DNA from: an archaeon
Lineage (GTDB): Archaea > Asgardarchaeota > Heimdallarchaeia > Heimdallarchaeales > Heimdallarchaeaceae
Assembly: GCA_030631995.1 (NCBI GenBank)
Contig: DAOVKB010000001.1
Span: forward strand, 1,136 to 65,135
Reading direction: 5' to 3'
DNA length: 64,000 nucleotides
In this document: piece after piece, positions 57,234 through 64,000 of the stretch
Layout of the letters: the number at the start of each line of letters is the position of its first letter
How positions within the stretch are numbered: the stretch's first letter is position 1
Translations under genes and position numbers: made by a program
The notes under the pieces: generated by a model
The model's database searches: none
What the model was told of the DNA's origin: nothing
Seen by the model: the letters and a program-made list of their open reading frames with translations, nothing else

Positions 57234-59087
57234 ATGACTGGCAAGACTTATTCAGAAAAATTGTTTTCAATCAAAACTAAACAATCTGTAAGTGCGGGAG
57301 ACATAGTTTTTGCAGAACCGGACCTAATCTTATCCCACGATAATTCTGCATCTATTTACAAAACATTCCAAAAAATGGGTGGTACAAAAATCAAATATCC
57401 TAATCGTTTGGTTATTGTTCTAGATCATGATTCCCCTCCAACTAGTGTTACTATTGCTAACGATCATAAGACCATTAGAGAACTAGTAAAGAATCAAAAC
57501 ATTACAAATTATTATGATGAAGGGGTGGGGATATGTCATCAACTTATGTCAAATCACGCACTACCAAATATGCTCATTGTAGGTTCCGATTCCCATACTT
57601 GTACAAGTGGAGCTTTTACAGCATTTTCAGCAGGAATTGACAGAACTGAAACTGCAGGATTATGGTTAACAGGTAAAACATGGTTCAGAGTACCTGAAAC
57701 AATAAAAATTGAATTAGAAGGAGAACTTCCACCTGGTGTTTACGCAAAAGATATTGCTTTATACATCATGAATGCTATTGGTGCCGCCGGAGCATTATAC
57801 AAAAGTATAGAATTCCATGGAGAAGGAGTAAAAAACCTAAGTATCTCTGAACGCATGACACTAGCTAATTTAGCTTCAGAAATGGGAGCTAAAACAGCAA
57901 TTTTTCCACCTGATGTAATGCTAGTTGATTGGTTAAAAAAGAAACACAGTGACAAGGACATTATTGCAGAAGATGATCTATTTTGGTCAGATGATAATGC
58001 TATTTTTAGTCAAAATTTTACTGTTACTCTTGGCAAGTTAGAACCTCTTATTGCGATTCCTCATCAAGTAGATAATGCTCAATTTATTAGTGATGTTGGT
58101 GATATATTCATTCATCAAGCTTTTCTTGGTACTTGTACAAACGCTCGATTAGATGATTTGAATATTGCAGCATCAGTATTGAAGGGTAAAAGAGTAAAAG
58201 AGGGGGTTGTCTTCCTCGTAGCACCAGCTTCTCAGGAAATTTATCTTAAAGCTATGGAGAATGACATTATTCAAACACTAGTTAAAGCAGGAGCTACAAT
58301 TCTTTCATGCAGCTGTGGTCCATGTTTAGGGAAGGGACAAGGAATTCCTGCAGATGGATGGAACATAATATCAACTGCAAATAGAAATTTTCTGGGAAGA
58401 ATGGGTAACAAAAATTCTTCAATATATTTAGCATCTCCTGCTACTGTAGCAGCATCTGCAATTGCAGGTAAAATAGTGGATCCTAGAGAATACCTTTCAA
58501 TAAAAATCATAGATACAGAAAAGCAAATAGAGCTCCAACCAAGAGCTTTGGAAGCAAAAATCCTTGTGATTACATCTGAAGATGATAGGAATAACCAAAA
58601 TATTTGGAATTATAGTGACATAAACGATTTTAATACAGATCAAATGTTTGCTGGAGGTTTAACCTATGACATAAAATCATCGGATGGCGAGAAAATAGTA
58701 CCTCATTTGTTCAAGGGTCTAGATGAGACTTTTGCGATGAGAGTTAAAAAGGGAGATATTGTTATTGGAGGAGAAAATTTTGGATGTGGTTCTTCAAGAG
58801 AACATCCTGCAGTAGGATTAGCAACCGCAGGTGTAAAAGCTGTCATTGTTAAATCAGTCTCAAGAATTTTCTATAGATCTGCTATTAATCAGGGATTACC
58901 AATCATTGTACATCCAGAACTTGTAGACAATTTTGATGAAAATGAATCAATATCTATCGATTTGGAAAATGGAAGAATAACTAATGGAGAACGTGTATTC
59001 CTCTTCCCCAAACTACCAGAAGAACTTCTTGATATTTTTAATGCAGGAGGTTTAATCAAACACTATCAAAAACAACATTCAGAATAG
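57234..59087 (+). CDS. Fused aconitase-family dehydratase (LeuC-like large domain plus LeuD-like swivel domain in one 617-aa chain)
   Basis: N-terminal ~420 aa with CTNARL / SCSCGPCLGKGQG cluster motifs; C-terminal GENFGCGSSREHPAVGL small-subunit motif. Confidence 0.7.
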   Translation: MTGKTYSEKLFSIKTKQSVSAGDIVFAEPDLILSHDNSASIYKTFQKMGGTKIKYPNRLVIVLDHDSPPTSVTIANDHKTIRELVKNQNITNYYDEGVGICHQLMSNHALPNMLIVGSDSHTCTSGAFTAFSAGIDRTETAGLWLTGKTWFRVPETIKIELEGELPPGVYAKDIALYIMNAIGAAGALYKSIEFHGEGVKNLSISERMTLANLASEMGAKTAIFPPDVMLVDWLKKKHSDKDIIAEDDLFWSDDNAIFSQNFTVTLGKLEPLIAIPHQVDNAQFISDVGDIFIHQAFLGTCTNARLDDLNIAASVLKGKRVKEGVVFLVAPASQEIYLKAMENDIIQTLVKAGATILSCSCGPCLGKGQGIPADGWNIISTANRNFLGRMGNKNSSIYLASPATVAASAIAGKIVDPREYLSIKIIDTEKQIELQPRALEAKILVITSEDDRNNQNIWNYSDINDFNTDQMFAGGLTYDIKSSDGEKIVPHLFKGLDETFAMRVKKGDIVIGGENFGCGSSREHPAVGLATAGVKAVIVKSVSRIFYRSAINQGLPIIVHPELVDNFDENESISIDLENGRITNGERVFLFPKLPEELLDIFNAGGLIKHYQKQHSE

Positions 59088-59097
59088 AGGGAAAAAA

Positions 59098-60405
59098 ATG
59101 AGATTATATGAATATGAAGCTAAACAGATTTTTGAGAAATTTGGATTAATAATTCCAAAGCAAATTGCAATAGTTAAAGATATTGAGCAGTTAAATGATC
59201 TTTCAATATCCTTTCCAATAATGATCAAAGCGATGGTATTGATAGGTGGTCGAGGTAAAGTGGGAGGGATTAAAAAGGCAAAAAATATTGATGAGACAAA
59301 GACGATTATTAGTGAAATGCTCAAACTCTCAATTCATGGTTACTCAATAGAAAAAATACTGCTAGAAGAAGCTGTCAATATCTCAAGTGAGATTTATTTA
59401 TCAATTACTACTGATCCAGCAACCTTTGATATTGTAATAGTAGCTTCAGCAAGCGGTGGAGTGGACATAGAAGAAGTTGCTAGACAAAATCCTGAAAAAA
59501 TTTGGAAAAGGACAATTCTGGAAAATGTAAAAGAATTACCAGGTGCTATAGCTGATGAAGCAGTAGAATTTTTGGTGAAGAGTGAATCAAATTTAATAGG
59601 ATCGGAGAATCAACTAAAAGTAGCAATTCAATCTCTTTATTCAGCTTTTCAAACTGCGGAAGCGAAAATATGTGAGATAAATCCTCTAATTGTTGCAGAG
59701 GATGAGAGAATTATTGCTGCAGATGCAAAAGTAGTACTTGATGACAATAGTTTGTATAGACAAGAGCCTTTATTGAAATCTATTGGAATAGATCCAAGAA
59801 GTAAAAGACATGATATTTCAGAACAAACATTTTTTGAGGATAAGGCTTACAGAATAGGCTTTCCATATTTAGATTTACTTGATGAGCCTGAGGAATTTGT
59901 AAAAGAAGAAGATAAACTTTATGTTGGTTTGGTTCCTGGAGGAGCAGGTTATGGTATTTTTTCTATTGATGAGGTTGTTAATGTAGGGAACCGCTATTTT
60001 AACGGTAAAGCTGTGCCAATAAATTTCATGGATAGTGGAGGTGGTCCATCATTCAGCAAAGTAGCAGATATGTTTCATTTACTTATGGATCATCCTGCCA
60101 CCGATTTAATAATTACAAGTCGATTTGGAGGAATTTCCAGCTGTGACATATTTATTCGTGGTTTAATAATGTCATTAAGAGATCGATACACAAAAAGGAA
60201 ACGGATGATTCCCGTCTTCGGTAGAATGGTTGGAACTGATTTAGCTGCAGCTCGTGAGTATTTTGAAAAAGCTAAAAGGGAGACACCAGAACCATTAAAG
60301 GATTTACACATTGTTGTGGGGAACCAGAAAATCATGGCAGATGTCATAAAAGATGGCATAGAATATGGTTTCAAAATAAAGAGTCAAGAGGGAGTAACTA
60401 GGTGA
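59098..60405 (+). CDS. aclB: ATP-citrate lyase beta subunit (SucC-like ATP-grasp; AclB) or closely related citryl-CoA synthetase large subunit
   Basis: MRLYEYEAKQIF ATP-grasp N-terminus like SucC. 435 aa (longer than SCS-beta). Immediately followed, with a 4-nt overlap, by a CoA-ligase-alpha plus citrate-synthase-like fusion. Confidence 0.55.
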   Translation: MRLYEYEAKQIFEKFGLIIPKQIAIVKDIEQLNDLSISFPIMIKAMVLIGGRGKVGGIKKAKNIDETKTIISEMLKLSIHGYSIEKILLEEAVNISSEIYLSITTDPATFDIVIVASASGGVDIEEVARQNPEKIWKRTILENVKELPGAIADEAVEFLVKSESNLIGSENQLKVAIQSLYSAFQTAEAKICEINPLIVAEDERIIAADAKVVLDDNSLYRQEPLLKSIGIDPRSKRHDISEQTFFEDKAYRIGFPYLDLLDEPEEFVKEEDKLYVGLVPGGAGYGIFSIDEVVNVGNRYFNGKAVPINFMDSGGGPSFSKVADMFHLLMDHPATDLIITSRFGGISSCDIFIRGLIMSLRDRYTKRKRMIPVFGRMVGTDLAAAREYFEKAKRETPEPLKDLHIVVGNQKIMADVIKDGIEYGFKIKSQEGVTR

Positions 60406-62555
60406 GAACTATGGCAAAAGGAATGCTAAATTCAGATCAAGGTTTACTTTATTATTTAATTAAAGAAGTCAGACCAGAGCTAGCAAATCAAATCACTAAA
60501 ACAAAAACAATTGAAACCATGATTGTAGGTCTCGGAAGACAAGGAACTAGACATGCACAACTCATGATGGAATATGGAACTAATGTTACCTGTGGTGTAG
60601 CTCCTGGTAGAGGGGGAACAAAAGTTCATGAAACTATACCTGTTTATAATTCAGCACAAGAAGCAATTAATAATCACTCAGATATTGCAATCGCTAGCAT
60701 ATGGAGACATTATTCCACTGCTAAAGATGCAACAATTGAGGTGATAAAGTCAGGGATTCCTATTGTTGTTCTAATCTCTGAATTTATTCCATTGAAAGAT
60801 GTGAGAGATATTCTAGTTGAAGCTAGAAAGCACAAAACGATTCTATTTGGTGGAAACACACCAGGAATAATTTTCCCACCAGAAGGAATAAAAGTTGGCA
60901 TGCTTCCAGATATTTTTCAAGCACAAATTATTGGAGAAGAAGTGGGAGCAAAAGGTGTAACAATTTTATCTCGAAGCGGGGCAATTCTCTATCATATGTC
61001 AGATGCATTAGCTAGTGCAGGTATTGCACAAAATGGTGTATTAGGGATAGGAGGAGATGGTGCAATAGGGGCCAGATTTGTAGATCTTGTTTCGTTGGTA
61101 ATGAAATATGAGGAGACAGATTTAGTAGTAGTTGCAGGAGAAATAGGAGGGATGCAAGAAGAATTGCTTGCACAAGACATGATAGCTCACCCTGAGAAAT
61201 ATCCCAAACCATTAGTTGCATTAATTTCAGGAGCTAATGCTCCAGAAGGGAAAACAATGGGACATGCAGGAGCAGTAATATCTCCAGGCCAGAATTATGG
61301 TACTTTTATTTCAAAAAAAGAGATATTAGAAAAAGCAGGAGCTACAGTAGTTAATCATCAAAGAGATTTAATCGAAGCTGTAAAATCCAAGTTAAATAAA
61401 ACCTACTTTGAAATTGAAGATTATTATAATAGAATGCGTAAAAAATGGGATGCTAAATCACCTGAACCCACCTGGGGAACATTAATTACTAATGTTATGC
61501 CCAATAATTTAATTATCCGAGGATATCCTTTGCAAGAGATTATCTCAAGGAAGGGACTACTTGAGACAGCTTATTTACTAAATAATGGTGAATTTCCTGT
61601 TGAGCAAATTGCAGAGCTAGAGAATCTTGCATTAAAAGCTCTAAAGGACGAATTACATACTGGTTATAACATCCTCAATGAAACAGATGTTGCAAAAGTA
61701 ATAGGTACTTTTTTGCTACTTGATGATAATCTATCAAGCTTTGCGCAAGAAGTTAATGATGGTTCCAAAGTAGTAGCATACGCACTTGGAAGGGTATTGA
61801 AATATCTTACCAAATTCTTCAATAACGACGATAAAATCATTAATTTACTGAAAGAGGATGTTTCATTTTCAGAATTAATTTACTTAGGTTTAGTAGGTGA
61901 AATACCTTCTGATGTGTCGAAAATTAAATTGCTCGAAGCGATAATCACAGCTTGTGTAGATCATGGAGTCACACCACCTTCTGCACAAGCAACTCGTATT
62001 TTAGCATCGACACGTGCAAATTATGAAGTGGCCCTTTCAGCTGGTACCCAAGCTATTACAGATATTCATGGTGGTGCAGGTCAAAAAGCAGCAGAATTTT
62101 TCTTATCAGTTGTTAAGAGTGCTAAAGAAAACAGTAAAGATCTTAATGAAACCACTTTTGAATCAATCCGAGAGACAATCAAAGCTGGAAGAAGGATTGA
62201 AGGATTAGGGCATCGCATCCATACACAAGACCCTAGAAGAGATGTCCTTTGGGAACTTTCTGAAAAAGCTGGTTATGCAAAAGAATGTGTTTCTGTTTCA
62301 AAATTGGTTACTGATGCGTTCTATAGAGTTAGAGGAATGAATTTACCTATCAATGTGGATGGGGTTATTGGCGCGATTATAGCTGACATGGGCATCGATC
62401 CTAAACTAGCCAAGGCGGTCTTTGTCTTTGGAAGAATTGCAGGATTAACAGCACATTATTATGAAGAAATCAATACTCAATCCCAGATGAGAAGACTTGC
62501 TTTCGATAGAGCGGTATATAAAGGACCTTCCATTCGTGAAGTTCTTGAGGATTAA
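60402..62555 (+). CDS. aclA: ATP-citrate lyase alpha subunit (SucD-like CoA-binding/phosphohistidine domain fused to citrate-synthase-like citryl-CoA lyase domain; AclA)
   Basis: CoA-binding Rossmann region (IVGLGRQGTRHAQ), phosphohistidine loop MGHAGAVIS, C-terminal citrate-synthase-family motifs (DIHGGAGQ; GLGHRIHTQDPRR). 717 aa. Confidence 0.6.
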   Translation: MRTMAKGMLNSDQGLLYYLIKEVRPELANQITKTKTIETMIVGLGRQGTRHAQLMMEYGTNVTCGVAPGRGGTKVHETIPVYNSAQEAINNHSDIAIASIWRHYSTAKDATIEVIKSGIPIVVLISEFIPLKDVRDILVEARKHKTILFGGNTPGIIFPPEGIKVGMLPDIFQAQIIGEEVGAKGVTILSRSGAILYHMSDALASAGIAQNGVLGIGGDGAIGARFVDLVSLVMKYEETDLVVVAGEIGGMQEELLAQDMIAHPEKYPKPLVALISGANAPEGKTMGHAGAVISPGQNYGTFISKKEILEKAGATVVNHQRDLIEAVKSKLNKTYFEIEDYYNRMRKKWDAKSPEPTWGTLITNVMPNNLIIRGYPLQEIISRKGLLETAYLLNNGEFPVEQIAELENLALKALKDELHTGYNILNETDVAKVIGTFLLLDDNLSSFAQEVNDGSKVVAYALGRVLKYLTKFFNNDDKIINLLKEDVSFSELIYLGLVGEIPSDVSKIKLLEAIITACVDHGVTPPSAQATRILASTRANYEVALSAGTQAITDIHGGAGQKAAEFFLSVVKSAKENSKDLNETTFESIRETIKAGRRIEGLGHRIHTQDPRRDVLWELSEKAGYAKECVSVSKLVTDAFYRVRGMNLPINVDGVIGAIIADMGIDPKLAKAVFVFGRIAGLTAHYYEEINTQSQMRRLAFDRAVYKGPSIREVLED

Positions 62556-62614
62556 ATCTATGCTCAACAAAACGAACGCTTAATCTTTCTTAGCAATAAT
62601 AGAAATGTGAGAAT

Positions 62615-63406
62615 ATGAAGGATTTGGCTTTTGAAATAATAGGAAATATACTTATAATAAGAGAAGCTGCTGATAAAAAAACGCTCAAAGAATTCGCAAA
62701 AGAAAAGATGATTAAACACTCTTATATTAATACAGTAGTTGTCCAAACCTCAAAAGTTCAGGGACAAGAACGTAGAAGAAATCTTAAACATTTAATGGGA
62801 GAGAATACTTTTGCTACAATCTATAAAGAACATGGAAACTCATTTTATGTTGATTTAGAGAAAGCATTCTTCTCACCGCGTTTAAGTTTTGAAAGACAGA
62901 GAATTGCAAATTTAGTAAAGAAAAATGAAAAAATTCTAAATTTCTTCTCAGGAGTAGGTCCTTTCGGGATTACCATCGCATCTAAGCAAATTGATTGTGA
63001 GGTTCATAGTATTGAAATCAATGAATTTGCGTATCAATATTTATGTAAGAATATAGAACTCAATAAATGCCAAGATAGAGTTTTTCCATACCTAGGAGAT
63101 GCTTTTGAAATCGTTTCTAGGAAATTCCCAAATCAAGTAAACAGGATACTTTTACCATTGCCTTTAGAAGCTGAAAGAGCTCTACCTTTAGCTTTCAATT
63201 CGTTAAAGCAAGGAAGGGGATACATTCACTGGCAGCTTACAGAAAAAATTCTTTCAGAGGACACAATAAGTGATATAGTAGAGAGTAGATTAGATAGAAT
63301 AACTCCAGAAGAGATATCACATAAAGCATCTATAGATAATATAAGAATAATCAGATGGTTAGCCCCAAGAATCGCTCATATTGCAATAGATTTACATTTC
63401 TTGTAA
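62615..63406 (+). CDS. Trm5/Taw2 (Met-10+ like) class I SAM-dependent tRNA methyltransferase / aminocarboxypropyltransferase
   Basis: NFFSGVGPFGITIAS SAM-binding motif I and LPLP motif characteristic of the Met-10+ family; 263 aa favours Taw2/Trm5b-like. Confidence 0.6.
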   Translation: MKDLAFEIIGNILIIREAADKKTLKEFAKEKMIKHSYINTVVVQTSKVQGQERRRNLKHLMGENTFATIYKEHGNSFYVDLEKAFFSPRLSFERQRIANLVKKNEKILNFFSGVGPFGITIASKQIDCEVHSIEINEFAYQYLCKNIELNKCQDRVFPYLGDAFEIVSRKFPNQVNRILLPLPLEAERALPLAFNSLKQGRGYIHWQLTEKILSEDTISDIVESRLDRITPEEISHKASIDNIRIIRWLAPRIAHIAIDLHFL

Positions 63407-63826
63407 TTCAAAAGAACTAACATAATCTCCCACATCTTCTAGTAAATCATATTGATTCTCACAAGTAATTATTACTTCATTCGTTTTGTTAATTTCTTTT
63501 GCTAGTGAAATAAAATCTTCAATTCCTAACCAACTATCAAATAGTAAGTCAAAATTAACCAGAAGGCAAATTTCATTATCTAATTCCCTCAATTCCCTTT
63601 TAATTTCATCTAAAAGATTCTTTGTTTCTTCTCTTGAGAAAATCTGAATGGGTATTTCACTTTTCTGTTTTAGATCATTAACCCATGGAAAAGAATCGTT
63701 AATGATATACACTCTTGCTTTTCTTGAATGTCCTAAAGCTCTAATAATAACCCCAAGACCTGCTTGAAAAGCTTCTAATCTATTTCCATAGTAAAAATGA
63801 ATAAGGGAAGTCATTGTTACATCCAT
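63392..63826 (-). CDS. CobA/BtuR-like (ATP:corrinoid adenosyltransferase fold) protein lacking the P-loop
   Basis: FYYGN...RALGHSRKARVYII and C-terminal LLVNFDLL...EVIITCEN segments parallel CobA (VFTGNGKGKTTAAFG...RAVGHGKNVGVVQF; MVVLDEL...TVIITGR). The GKGKTT Walker A is replaced by RLEAFQ. 144 aa. Confidence 0.3.
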   Translation of the reverse strand: MDVTMTSLIHFYYGNRLEAFQAGLGVIIRALGHSRKARVYIINDSFPWVNDLKQKSEIPIQIFSREETKNLLDEIKRELRELDNEICLLVNFDLLFDSWLGIEDFISLAKEINKTNEVIITCENQYDLLEDVGDYVSSFELQEM

Positions 63827-63840
63827 TTGTTTCTGTGTAA

Positions 63841-64000
63841 TTAACTAGGTAATTTGTCAAGATAGCGTTTATAACCATCAAGTGTATCTTCAATACGTAA
63901 CATGTGACGTTCAGCTTTTATCCTTAATTCGTGCCACTCTTCTTCATCTATTTTCTCAGTAGTTAATGCTTCTTCCAATTGATGAATTCTCTCAATTGCT
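63841..64000 (-). CDS. Partial gene (C-terminal 53 aa only; N-terminus off window), helical/coiled-coil
   Basis: Minus-strand frame open to the window edge, ending ...HELRIKAERHMLRIEDTLDGYKRYLDKLPS* with the stop at 63841..63843. Confidence 0.3.
   Translation of the reverse strand, partial: AIERIHQLEEALTTEKIDEEEWHELRIKAERHMLRIEDTLDGYKRYLDKLPS

Noticed and set aside
1-64000. Search for CRISPR arrays, tRNA/rRNA genes, transposases/integrases
   Set aside because: No regularly spaced direct repeats. No GC-rich cloverleaf-like segments in any spacer. No product with DDE, tyrosine or serine recombinase motifs. No flanking inverted repeats. I conclude none are present.

Overview
This is a gene-dense, AT-rich archaeal chromosomal segment of about 74 protein genes with short intergenic spacers, encoding mostly core information-processing functions. 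I found no rRNA, tRNA, CRISPR array, transposase or integrase.

The housekeeping genes sit in classic archaeal neighbourhoods:
- an exosome 'superoperon' (SBDS, Rrp4, Rrp41, Rrp42, L37ae, Brix, Pcc1);
- Rpo7, Spt4, DUF359, S24e, S27ae diverging from aIF2-gamma and a PIN protein;
- Pop5 with Rpp30;
- S15 followed by a RecJ/Cdc45-like gene;
- RFC large subunit, ABCE1, IleRS, TFB, L15e, S6e, S3Ae, EndoV, EndoIII, TIM.

Interspersed are eukaryote-like 'signature' proteins that together point to an Asgard (Lokiarchaeia-like) archaeon:
- a TSG101/Vps23-like UEV protein;
- a Rab-like small GTPase convergent with a three-gene operon of Roadblock/LC7, a pseudo-KaiC and a coiled-coil wHTH protein;
- a WD40 propeller;
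- very long wHTH plus coiled-coil proteins;
- Lys/Pro/Glu-rich disordered tails on conserved enzymes.

The 3' third holds a metabolic block: an IPMDH/IDH-family dehydrogenase, two aconitase-family dehydratase sets, and a two-subunit ATP-citrate lyase.

One ribosomal protein gene (S27ae, 56 aa) was missed by the ORF track. One 57-nt C/D-box-sRNA-like element is proposed at low confidence.

Every call is from reading motifs in the translations by eye; no database search was run.
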